Shown: positions 9,835 to 18,706 of the stretch, piece by piece
How positions within the stretch are numbered: the stretch's first letter is position 1
Layout of the letters: each line of letters begins with the position of its first letter
Source: a virus
DNA length: 64,000 bases
Virus record (IMG/VR): IMGVR_UViG_3300035182_000826
Span: 32,001 to 96,000 of that record
Direction: 5' to 3' (one strand)
Notes under the pieces: model-generated
Seen by the model: the letters and a program-made list of their open reading frames with translations, nothing else
What the model was told of the DNA's origin: nothing
Database searches by the model: none
Position numbers and translations under genes: made by a program

Positions 9835-12144
9835 ATGAAGATTAATGGCTCACTCGTATTTGACGCATCGGCCGCATCAGAAATCCAGAACCTACGCGTT
9901 CAGAAGGTTTCTTCACTGCCAACGTTCGACACAAACTCAGACCCTGGTCGTCTGGTCTATGTCACTGGCACCGCGTCTCTGTACTTTGGTACAGCATCAA
10001 GCTGGCTGGCTGTTGCAACAGGCGGTAACGCTGCTGCTCTGCAAACTGAAGTCGACAATCTCGAAACATCACTTGGCGCTATCGTTGATGGCTCTGGTAC
10101 TTTCGTGGTCGGCGCAGTTACTGGTCCAGCTTTCACCGGTTCAGAAGCATCAGTTACAGAGCTGTTGCAAGCACTCTCTAACTACGCGAACGCAAACAAT
10201 GAATTGTCAGAACTTGATGATGTCGCTATCACCTCAATCGCCAACAAGGATTTGCTGGAATTTAACAGTGTCTCTGGTAAGTGGGTGAACAAGGCAATCG
10301 GCTCGGCATCAGGCGTTCAGGCTTGGGACGCTGGCCTTGACAATCTGGCCGCGCTCGCTGGCACCGGTGTCGTCGTTGAAACTGCTGATGGTCAGTTCGC
10401 TAACCGTTCACTAGTTCCACCTGCAGCCGGTCTTACAATCACTAATCCAGACGGCGTCGCTGGTAACCCAACATTCGCCCTTGCTAATGATCTAGCTGCT
10501 CTCGAGGGTTTGACAACCACTGGTTATGTCATTCGCACAGGTGACGGTACTGCTACAACTCGTTCAATCACTGGTACTACTGGTGACATCGTTGTGACGA
10601 ACGGTAATGGTGTTGCATCTGACACAAGCATTGACTTGGCTGATGTGGTACAAGCCTCTTCTGGTAACTTTGTCAAGGTCACTCTTGATGGCAAGGGCCG
10701 TGTTGTTGGTAACACCGCAGTCGTTGCGTCTGACATCACTACTTTGGTTGACTCAACCTACGTAAATGTCGCTGGCGACACAATGAACACCAATGCTAAC
10801 TTGGTGTTCTCTGGTGCTGGTACTGTCAAGGGCATTCCACTACCAACGGCTGACACTGACGCTGCTAACAAGGCCTATGTTGATGCAATGTCCAATGGTC
10901 TGTCATGGAAGCAAGCCGTTCGTGCTGCTTCAACGGCAAACATTAACGTCGCTACTGGTGGTCTGCTTTCAGTTGACGGTGTTGCACTTGTTGCTGGTAA
11001 TCGCGTGTTGGTCAAGAACCAAACCGCTCCTGCTGAGAACGGCATCTATGTTGTTGCTGCTGGTGCATGGACCCGCGCAGCCGACATGAATGACGCTGCT
11101 GAATTCGACGGTGCTGCTGTCTTCGTTCAAGAAGGTACGACACAAGAGGGGTCTGGCTGGACTGAAACCGCCACTGTTACTACTGTTGGTACTGATGCAG
11201 TTGTATTCTCGCAGTTCACTGGTGGCGCACTTTACACATGGGGTGTTGGTCTAAGCAACACAGGTAACACCATCAACGTGAACGTTGGTGCTGGTATCAC
11301 TGAACTCCCAACTGACGAAGTTGGTATTGACTTGTACGATTCCGCTAACAGCGCACTGATTCTGACTTCTGACGGTACAACCCGCACTACGAACTCAGCT
11401 GGTCAGCTGCACCTCTTGCTTGATGCAGCTGGTGCCCTTGCACAAACTTCAGCTGGCTTGAAGATCAGCAATGCTTCTGTCACGAATGCAATGCTCATGA
11501 ATGATCACGTCGGTCTGAATGGTGACGCTGGCACATCAACACTTGCGCTTGGTCAAACACTCCAAGTTAAGGGTGATTCAGTGCAAGGTGTTGCAACATC
11601 AGTAGCAGGTCAAAACGTTACGGTCACTGCAGTTGATGCAACTTACACTCAGAAGGGTGTCGCATCATTCAACGCTGACTTCTTCAGCGTTACTGCTGGT
11701 GTCGTCAGCCTTGCCGCAACCTTGGATGATCTAACCAATGTTTCAACTGCTGATGCAGCTGCAACTGGTTCTCTCCTGCAGAAGAGCGCAACTGACTGGG
11801 TCTCTGTTTCTCCAGCAACAGTGTTGAACGGCACATCGATCGATAATCTCGGTGATGTTACTTCAACCTCCCCAACTGCTGGTCAAACACTGGTTTACAG
11901 CCCAACGTCTTCAACCTATACCAACAGAAGCATCTACTTCCTGTATAACGGTTCAACGGCGGCTACAACCCACACCGTGACTCACAACCTTGGCCAGAAG
12001 TACTGCAACGTGACGGTTGTTGACGCTTCTGATGAAGTTGTGATTCCACAATCGATCACTTACGATAGCGCGAACGGTCTGACCGTGGTATTCAACACGT
12101 CGATCGCTTGCAAGGTGATTGTCATGGGTGTTAACCTGGCGTAA
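9835..12144 (+). CDS. Fibre-like virion protein
   Basis: RBS AGGAG; DAANKAYVD and RVLVKNQT..ENGIY...WTRA.D fibre motifs; C-terminal THNLG module. Confidence 0.7.
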   Translation: MKINGSLVFDASAASEIQNLRVQKVSSLPTFDTNSDPGRLVYVTGTASLYFGTASSWLAVATGGNAAALQTEVDNLETSLGAIVDGSGTFVVGAVTGPAFTGSEASVTELLQALSNYANANNELSELDDVAITSIANKDLLEFNSVSGKWVNKAIGSASGVQAWDAGLDNLAALAGTGVVVETADGQFANRSLVPPAAGLTITNPDGVAGNPTFALANDLAALEGLTTTGYVIRTGDGTATTRSITGTTGDIVVTNGNGVASDTSIDLADVVQASSGNFVKVTLDGKGRVVGNTAVVASDITTLVDSTYVNVAGDTMNTNANLVFSGAGTVKGIPLPTADTDAANKAYVDAMSNGLSWKQAVRAASTANINVATGGLLSVDGVALVAGNRVLVKNQTAPAENGIYVVAAGAWTRAADMNDAAEFDGAAVFVQEGTTQEGSGWTETATVTTVGTDAVVFSQFTGGALYTWGVGLSNTGNTINVNVGAGITELPTDEVGIDLYDSANSALILTSDGTTRTTNSAGQLHLLLDAAGALAQTSAGLKISNASVTNAMLMNDHVGLNGDAGTSTLALGQTLQVKGDSVQGVATSVAGQNVTVTAVDATYTQKGVASFNADFFSVTAGVVSLAATLDDLTNVSTADAAATGSLLQKSATDWVSVSPATVLNGTSIDNLGDVTSTSPTAGQTLVYSPTSSTYTNRSIYFLYNGSTAATTHTVTHNLGQKYCNVTVVDASDEVVIPQSITYDSANGLTVVFNTSIACKVIVMGVNLA

Positions 12145-12174
12145 TGAGTAATGGGCAACATGCCCAACTATGAG

Positions 12175-12199
12175 TGGGCAGCCAATGGCTGCCCATTTT
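12175..12199 (+). terminator. Rho-independent terminator
   Basis: TGGGCAGCCA-A-TGGCTGCCCA hairpin followed by TTTT. Confidence 0.6.
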
Positions 12200-12228
12200 C
12201 ATTCTAAATACTCGAAAGAGGGGATGTC

Positions 12229-12831
12229 ATGAAATTTTTTGGCCACGCTAATCTGCAACAGAACGAACTACAGCGTGCGGTTATTCCGCTGAATACAAAC
12301 TTTCCAACCACACCTGTTGTTGGTGAGCTTGCATTTACAAACAGCATCCTATACATTTGCGTATCAGTAGCTGATGACCTACCAGTCTGGGTTCCACTGA
12401 CGCGCGAAATCACACTCTATACCCATAATCAATCAACATCAAGTGCTAAATGGACCATCACACATGATTTGAACACTACTTCAGTCCTGGTGAATGTCTA
12501 TGATGCGGCGAACAAAATGGTAATTCCTAGTGACATCTCTGTTGACAGCCCATCACAGATCACTGTTTCGCTGAACACCGAGATGACGGGCCGTGCTGTA
12601 GTCTTGAGTGGGCACTTTGATGGAAATGTGAAGCCAACATATGCCTTCACGTACTATCAAACTGATTCCTCAACAACATGGACAATTGTTCACGGTCTTG
12701 GCTATCAACCAATCGTTCGTGTATTCATTGGCAATCAAGAAGTTCAACCACTTTCTATCGTTCATGATAGTGTCAATCAGGTAACTATCACCTTTACTAC
12801 TCCACAAGTTGGTGTTGTGCGTTTGATCTAA
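12229..12831 (+). CDS. Structural protein with two THNLG-type modules
   Basis: WTITHDLN and WTIVHGLG modules; TAAATA at 12205. Confidence 0.6.
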   Translation: MKFFGHANLQQNELQRAVIPLNTNFPTTPVVGELAFTNSILYICVSVADDLPVWVPLTREITLYTHNQSTSSAKWTITHDLNTTSVLVNVYDAANKMVIPSDISVDSPSQITVSLNTEMTGRAVVLSGHFDGNVKPTYAFTYYQTDSSTTWTIVHGLGYQPIVRVFIGNQEVQPLSIVHDSVNQVTITFTTPQVGVVRLI

Positions 12832-12838
12832 GGAGCTT

Positions 12839-13063
12839 ATGATGGATCATAGAGTTGCTACGAATTACAAACACGTGCAAACTGATCCATCAGACACATG
12901 GGTAATTGAACACAACTTGTTTGGTTACCCTGTGATTGATGCGTTCGTTGACGTTGATGGGACTATTCAAAAAGTCATGCCGGCTTCAGTGACATATACG
13001 TCAAACAAGATTTGCACACTTGTGTTTGTTGTGCCAAGAGCTGGATTTGCGGTGGTATCATGA
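12839..13063 (+). CDS. Stand-alone THNLG-type module protein
   Basis: RBS AAGGAG; WVIEHNLFGYP...MPASVTY single module. Confidence 0.6.
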   Translation: MMDHRVATNYKHVQTDPSDTWVIEHNLFGYPVIDAFVDVDGTIQKVMPASVTYTSNKICTLVFVVPRAGFAVVS

Positions 13064-14658
13064 ATCTTTTAGCCCCTTTCTCTTACACAAAAACCCAATC
13101 AGATCCTTCTGGAACCTGGGTAGTAACACACAACTTAGGTCGCCCAGTAAATGTTGATGTGATGATTGACAATGTGATTCCTGGAATCACGGAGACAGTC
13201 ATAACTAATGAAACTGACAATGGCACCTCCAGTTCCACGACTGTGTCAAACACTATCAAGATCACTAATCCAACTGTGATCTATGATTCATTTTCAGCTA
13301 ATGGCGGAATTGCAAGTCATCCTGCCGATGTTGGATCTACTTGGGCCGCGATATCATCCATGAACACCATGTCCATGGATGGTGCATTACTTCACCCCGG
13401 TGAAACGTCAGATTCAATTCTGAATGGTGCTGTGAACAATCTTGTGATTGATTCAGACTACGAAATGATTGTTTCTGTTCAAGACAATCGCGGCAGCGGT
13501 GAAGACTATACGTTTCATTTCATTGCTAAATTCAATAAGCAAAATGGATATGGGTTTGCAATGGGCATCAACGTCTCTGATGTTGGGGCTCAACCAACGC
13601 TCACCTATGGTGTCTTCAGAGTTCAAGGTGGATCTGTTACATCATTTGACAATACTTCGTTAGACTTGCCTGCGGGTGGACCACAAGTTTTGAATGGGAA
13701 CTACAAGCTTACGTTCAAATTGAAGGGCAATGACGCGCTTTTCTACATTGATTCTCAGTTCATTGCGATGGTTGATATTTCAACACTTCCAAACTTTGGA
13801 ATGCTTGCAAATCTATGCGGTTTTGGATTTAGCAGTAACTTTAATTTTGCGGTTGATGAACTTTATGTGTATGAGAAAACCAATGGAGTAAGTTTGTCAA
13901 CTAAGGCTGATCCAGCAGATACTTACATGGAACAAATTTCGTCTCAGTATCCAAATGGCTTTTCATTCGTAAATGACACCTATGGAACATGGATTCGTGT
14001 ACCAGCTGGTGGAATGCTTTCTGTTCAAGGTGTTGATCTAGACGAAACCGGTGATTTCACTATTGAAGCAACACTGCGCAGATCATTCTTCACTGACCCA
14101 TTTGCCGAAGGTGCACCAGACGTCGGCTTAACAACTTTTGGTTTCGGTGGTGGTTATTACCCAGTCTTTCAGTACAAAGAAAATCAGGGATCAACACCAG
14201 TTGGCGGTGGTTTGCTTCTTTATTACGGCACATCTGGACTCGACGCTGTTCAAGATGAAACCTTGCAAGATGCCATCATTTACCCAGATGAAACACCATT
14301 TAAGCTTGCGTTCTACAAAGTTGGATCAATGCTTTACACGGCAATCAATGGACACATTGTTTCGTCTGTTGATGTGACTGCATATGAAGTAAGTGCGCAG
14401 GATAATTTTTACATTTTGCATGATCAATCTACTTGCTACAACTTTGACATTCTGAATATGAAGATCACAAGTGGTGTTTCACTTTACGGTGGAACTGATT
14501 TTTCACAAGGCAATATCATAAGCACCAGCTATCAGACCCAGGGGCCTAAGCTTGTTCTTGAAAAGGCAATGCCATCTAGCATTGCTTACAACTCAGACAA
14601 TGAGGTCCAAATTGAATTCTCATATTCCCAGTACACTGGGGTTGTGCGAGTGTTCTAA
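13060..14658 (+). CDS. Putative receptor-binding protein: THNLG module split by a ~460-aa beta-rich insert
   Basis: Start taken at the ATGA overlap (13060); N-terminal WVVTHNLGRP and C-terminal KAMPSSIAY halves of one module. Confidence 0.55.
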   Translation: MNLLAPFSYTKTQSDPSGTWVVTHNLGRPVNVDVMIDNVIPGITETVITNETDNGTSSSTTVSNTIKITNPTVIYDSFSANGGIASHPADVGSTWAAISSMNTMSMDGALLHPGETSDSILNGAVNNLVIDSDYEMIVSVQDNRGSGEDYTFHFIAKFNKQNGYGFAMGINVSDVGAQPTLTYGVFRVQGGSVTSFDNTSLDLPAGGPQVLNGNYKLTFKLKGNDALFYIDSQFIAMVDISTLPNFGMLANLCGFGFSSNFNFAVDELYVYEKTNGVSLSTKADPADTYMEQISSQYPNGFSFVNDTYGTWIRVPAGGMLSVQGVDLDETGDFTIEATLRRSFFTDPFAEGAPDVGLTTFGFGGGYYPVFQYKENQGSTPVGGGLLLYYGTSGLDAVQDETLQDAIIYPDETPFKLAFYKVGSMLYTAINGHIVSSVDVTAYEVSAQDNFYILHDQSTCYNFDILNMKITSGVSLYGGTDFSQGNIISTSYQTQGPKLVLEKAMPSSIAYNSDNEVQIEFSYSQYTGVVRVF

Positions 14659-14666
14659 GGAAAATC

Positions 14667-15005
14667 ATGACAAAACTATACGCATACCTCATAGTCATCG
14701 CTTTAGTCTTCGGAGGAACCTGGGCAGGAGTGGAATATGTTTCCAATCTCCAGTCCTCCGTTGAGAAGCTTAAAAAATCAAACAAAGAGCTAAGTGATGC
14801 AATTGCTGTGCAAAACGAAGCAGTTAAGAAATTGAAGTCTGATGCTGACGAACGCTTAGCTAAAGCAGCAGCTGATTTAGCTGAAGCGAAAAAGCAATCA
14901 GCGCAAAAGACAACACAGGCAACAATCATCTACAAGACAAAGCCTGCTGATCCAAATGACCTTTGCGCTTCGGCTCTTACTTTGATGAACGGAGCTCAAA
15001 AATGA
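14667..15005 (+). CDS. Inner-membrane spanin (Rz-like)
   Basis: Single N-terminal transmembrane helix plus coiled coil; directly upstream of a lipoprotein gene. Confidence 0.75.
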   Translation: MTKLYAYLIVIALVFGGTWAGVEYVSNLQSSVEKLKKSNKELSDAIAVQNEAVKKLKSDADERLAKAAADLAEAKKQSAQKTTQATIIYKTKPADPNDLCASALTLMNGAQK

Positions 15006-15247
15006 GAGTTCTAATCTGTGCACTCGCAGTGATGCTACTTGCTGGATGTCAAACAGTGACAAAGACAGTGACTGTTGAGGTCCCAGTCCCAGTTGCCTGT
15101 AAAACGCCAGACCCCTCTGAACCAACACTTGCTTTCAATCCACCTTACCAAGACGTGTTTTCAGGAACACGTGATTTACTTGGTGATCGTGAGCTCATGA
15201 AAGGCTACATAATCGAATTGAAAGCCGCGCTTAAAAGCTGCAAGTGA
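15002..15247 (+). CDS. Outer-membrane spanin lipoprotein (Rz1-like)
   Basis: MRVLICALAVMLLAGC signal peptide with LAGC lipobox, Pro-rich VPVPVAC; start at ATGA overlap. Confidence 0.8.
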   Translation: MRVLICALAVMLLAGCQTVTKTVTVEVPVPVACKTPDPSEPTLAFNPPYQDVFSGTRDLLGDRELMKGYIIELKAALKSCK

Positions 15248-15254
15248 GGGGTAA

Positions 15255-16883
15255 ATGAGTTGCTGTCCTAAAGTAGATCCAGCTGCCGTCATAGGCGGTG
15301 CATTCAACGACAGCTTAGGACCTGAGAGCGATATTCACAAAGGTGAATCAGTCCCATGCTATATGAGCCGTGGAGGTAACACCTCTGGACTGCACGATGA
15401 TGCGAATGCTGACGCACCAGACAAGATTGACAACACAACTATTCCAATCAAGAAAAGCGGAACGAGCGTTTCTGTCGGAACTGATGGAGCTGGTGTCACC
15501 TTTAAACTGACAAGCACCTCTACTAAGACGGCGGTTTCTTGGTCAATTGATGCTACGCCGCCAGGGCTTTCATTCAACACTAGCACAGGTGTTTTGACTG
15601 GCACTTTCACTACACTGGACACAACGTACAACATCACCATATCGGCATATGATTCAACCGTTCAGGATGATTCACACCTGATTGACTCAAGAGCTTTTTC
15701 AGTGACGCCAACGCTGCAAAAGGATGGAGACATCAAGCTTAAAAGCCCACTACCAGGTGGAATCATTAACAGCAGGTTCGGACCACGAATGCACCCAATT
15801 CAGGGCGTCATGAAGCCGCATACCGGCATTGACATGAAGTACGCTGACAGGTCTGTTAAGGATGTTGTTGCGGCCGCTGATGGTGAGGTAATCCTACAAG
15901 GCGGCAATCCTGAATCTGGGTATGGATACCGAATCTGGCTGAAGCACACTGATGGTTCAGGTGCGCATGTGTGCACTACCACCTATAATCACTTGGCAAA
16001 GATCTATGTGAAGGATGGTCAGAAGGTCATGTGTGGCCAGGCTATTGGTCTTGAAGGGTCCACTGGCGCGAGCACTGGTAACCACTTGCACTTTGAAGTG
16101 AAGTTGCCAGATGGAAAGTTCATTGACCCTGAACCATTGATCAATGGTGAAGTCACAGTCGTGACTGCAAATGACTCTACTGGTACAGCTACAGCTCAAG
16201 AAACACGAACTGTTTCTGGTGCTTCCCTTTCAAAGGCAGAGGCTGATGGCACCATGAGTTCATGTGCACAATTCGGCTCTTCATATCCAGCGCCTAGCAC
16301 ACCAAATGGAACAGGCGTACCACCTGGAGGCTCAAGTGATCCATTTGAATTGGCATGGTACTTCACTATGAAACATGAGGTGGGCTCTTGGTGGAGCGTC
16401 AATCCAGGGGAAACACCATCCGACAATGACATTGCGGTTGGGGCAATTGACACACGTGATCAACGAAAGAAGGTTGGCTATGTGAATTTGTCAAATGACC
16501 CAGGTGGTGAGACAAAATTTGGCGTTGCTCAACGTCCAAACCCAAATATTGTCGTGAAGACGATTCAATACAGTCCAGCAAAAACCACAGGGTATCAAAA
16601 CTATTGGCAATCAGCAAAGTCACCCTGTGGCGACAAGTCAAAATTGGTTTCCATCATGCTGTTTGACATGAACTACATGCATGGCGCGGGAAATGCAAAG
16701 ACGATCTACTCAAGAGCAGGCATCTCAAGCTCAACATCAGATAGTCAGGAAAAACAACTTGCTGATGTTCAAGCACTGTATGAAGCACGGTTGGCATTCA
16801 TCAAAGCCATTCCAAGGCCAGAGTTTCAACGCGGTTGGCAGGCTCGTGCCGCTGAGTGTCTAGCATACGTCAAGTCACTGTAA
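15255..16883 (+). CDS. Ig-like + M23 peptidase + GH108-like peptidoglycan hydrolase
   Basis: M23 motifs HTGID, YNHL, HLHFE; GH108-like GYVN..NDPGGETKFGV and F..GW..R; PPGLSFN.STGVLTG Ig repeat. Confidence 0.8.
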   Translation: MSCCPKVDPAAVIGGAFNDSLGPESDIHKGESVPCYMSRGGNTSGLHDDANADAPDKIDNTTIPIKKSGTSVSVGTDGAGVTFKLTSTSTKTAVSWSIDATPPGLSFNTSTGVLTGTFTTLDTTYNITISAYDSTVQDDSHLIDSRAFSVTPTLQKDGDIKLKSPLPGGIINSRFGPRMHPIQGVMKPHTGIDMKYADRSVKDVVAAADGEVILQGGNPESGYGYRIWLKHTDGSGAHVCTTTYNHLAKIYVKDGQKVMCGQAIGLEGSTGASTGNHLHFEVKLPDGKFIDPEPLINGEVTVVTANDSTGTATAQETRTVSGASLSKAEADGTMSSCAQFGSSYPAPSTPNGTGVPPGGSSDPFELAWYFTMKHEVGSWWSVNPGETPSDNDIAVGAIDTRDQRKKVGYVNLSNDPGGETKFGVAQRPNPNIVVKTIQYSPAKTTGYQNYWQSAKSPCGDKSKLVSIMLFDMNYMHGAGNAKTIYSRAGISSSTSDSQEKQLADVQALYEARLAFIKAIPRPEFQRGWQARAAECLAYVKSL

Positions 16884-16892
16884 GGAATTCAA

Positions 16893-17189
16893 ATGGGGAA
16901 CGTGGTAAGAATTGGCGACTCTGTTTCATGCGGTGCGCACTCAGCAGCTGGTTCATCAAATGTGTTTGTGAATGGCTTGCCTGTCACACATGAAGGTAAG
17001 AGGAACGTGACAGGACATGGGTGCTTTGCACCAACTGTGTTCAACGGGCCTTGGACAAGTACAGTCTTCGTGAACAATGAACCAGTTGCACTTAAGGGTG
17101 TCACCATCATCGTGCCACATAAATGCGGTCATTCGGCGCACAAGGGAACAGCAAGTTCTGGTTCACCAGATGTATCGTTTGAAGAGTAA
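16893..17189 (+). CDS. PAAR-domain spike tip protein
   Basis: RIGD..SCG...GSSNVFVNG...GSPDV pattern with Cys/His ligands. Confidence 0.85.
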   Translation: MGNVVRIGDSVSCGAHSAAGSSNVFVNGLPVTHEGKRNVTGHGCFAPTVFNGPWTSTVFVNNEPVALKGVTIIVPHKCGHSAHKGTASSGSPDVSFEE

Positions 17190-17191
17190 TC

Positions 17192-18115
17192 ATGCTGAAT
17201 GATCCTAAAACCTACACGTATTCACCACGGTATGCCGGTGGTGACGTGAAGTTGCTTACCAGATCTAGTCGTAGATCAAAGCTGCTGGCTGGTGGTACGT
17301 ACTTCAGGTCTGTTCAGCGTGGTGAGCTATCGAACTTGATTAGCTGTGCTGTGCTCGAGGACGGGAACACCGGCGTGTTCATTCAGGTTCATGATGTGTT
17401 GAACTCGGCTGAAATGGTGACTCTGACTGGATTGAGCGCTCAAGTTCAAGTGCTGAGTTTTGATAGACCATTTGATAATGGGTATGAGACAGGCGTCTTA
17501 ATTCAAAAGAGTGGTGGTGAGGTGCGCGCACACATAATACGCATTAGGTGGCAGATAGCGGGTTCAACACTCACGTTCACATCAGAGACCATCACTGATC
17601 TTGGAACTATTCAGCTAAAGCAGTTGAACACTATTGGTGGAGTGCGATTTACCTTGTCAAACACCGCCTGGTCAGATGGTGACTCGCTTATGATTCATGC
17701 AAGATCGCAGTACACCATGCTGTCACAAATCACCGTGCAGGTAACTGACCCAGTCACTTCTGTTGTTACGCCAGTGACAGGCTGGAATATTGGCGCGCTT
17801 AGATCAGCATTGGCTAATTCGGCTACCACATGGGTAAAGATGCCTTCGCGTGGAACGACACAGACGCCAGCAACACCAGAGGATGTGTTAGACACAGGGG
17901 TGGATGAAGTTGTTATGACGGCGTTTCAGAAGACGTACATGAACGGTGGAGATGGCTTGCCAGCATCTCCTGATCTTGTTCTGACTGGCCCTGAACGTGC
18001 GCTGATTCACTTGAACTATGCTGAGTTAGATGACGGCTCACTAGGTGAGCACAACAAGGTGTACGAGTGGGTGGGTGAGTCATCTGCAGCCGGCTCATGG
18101 CAGATCTATGCTTAA
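17192..18115 (+). CDS. Hypothetical protein, likely structural
   Basis: 307-aa ORF continuing the operon. Confidence 0.55.
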   Translation: MLNDPKTYTYSPRYAGGDVKLLTRSSRRSKLLAGGTYFRSVQRGELSNLISCAVLEDGNTGVFIQVHDVLNSAEMVTLTGLSAQVQVLSFDRPFDNGYETGVLIQKSGGEVRAHIIRIRWQIAGSTLTFTSETITDLGTIQLKQLNTIGGVRFTLSNTAWSDGDSLMIHARSQYTMLSQITVQVTDPVTSVVTPVTGWNIGALRSALANSATTWVKMPSRGTTQTPATPEDVLDTGVDEVVMTAFQKTYMNGGDGLPASPDLVLTGPERALIHLNYAELDDGSLGEHNKVYEWVGESSAAGSWQIYA

Positions 18116-18225
18116 CCGGGTGTCGCCGGCTCACACCAAAATGCTCACCTATAGAACTTTATGTATTTTGAGACCGGTGTGAGCCGGGCCTCACCGGTGT
18201 CGCCGAGGGTGTACCCCGCTTAAGG
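18116..18225 (+). repeat. Palindromic element, variant copy with unrelated centre
   Basis: CCGGCTCACACC ... CCGGTGTGAGCCGGGCCTCACCGGTGTCGCCGAGG arms around an AT-rich centre. Confidence 0.8.
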
Positions 18226-18320
18226 TCGCCAGTTTCTGAGAAGGTGGCGCTTAGGAAGGAAGCACTGCGTTGCAGTTGCTTTATTGGCTGAACTGGCGTA
18301 CGCCTCACCACAAAGAACAC

Positions 18321-18523
18321 CTTCTAATTTGACACCTTTAAGTGCGGCACAAATGGCGCCCCACCTTAAGCGATAGAGCACACCCTCGGCGACACCGGTG
18401 AGGTCCGGCTCACACCGGCTAAGTGCTGTGCATAACTTATTGGCTGACCTGTCTGGTTTGAGCCGGCGTCGCCTCGTGTCGCCGGATGATGTTGAACCCG
18501 CTATCTGTCGGCTAATGCGCTCT
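18321..18523 (-). repeat. Palindromic element (flip centre) with 32-bp motif and tail
   Basis: Reverse complement closely matches 61096-61290; core 18386-18485, centre 18419-18452, 32-mer 18492-18523. Confidence 0.9.
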
Positions 18524-18561
18524 ATGGGCACGCACTGTGAATGAAGATCGTGCAAATTCGT

Positions 18562-18704
18562 TTCTTTGCCTTTGCAATCAACTTACCATCGTGGTAGAAG
18601 TCAGGTTGCGTAGGCCTGGTTGGACGCGGCCTCACCTTTTGATCAAGGACCGATGATGCAATTGTCACTTCACCTTTAGGAAATGGCCGGACATCTTTGT
18701 AGAG
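18562..18704 (-). pseudogene. Deleted relic of the 26-aa repeat gene
   Basis: Minus strand reads fragments YKDV, PFPKGEVTIA, KGEAA, DFYHDGKLIAK matching family repeats and C-terminus. Confidence 0.7.
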
Positions 18705-18706
18705 AT

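Noticed and set aside
18419-18452. dif/Xer or loxP site in the element centre (GCATAACTTAT)
   Set aside because: Only 1 bp separates CATAA and TTAT instead of a 6-8 bp spacer, and the XerD arm does not match.
18220-18555. ORFs over the palindromic elements (also 60272-60514, 60297-60482, 61073-61324)
   Set aside because: They are translations of GC-rich non-coding repeats; frames are not preserved among copies and there is no RBS.
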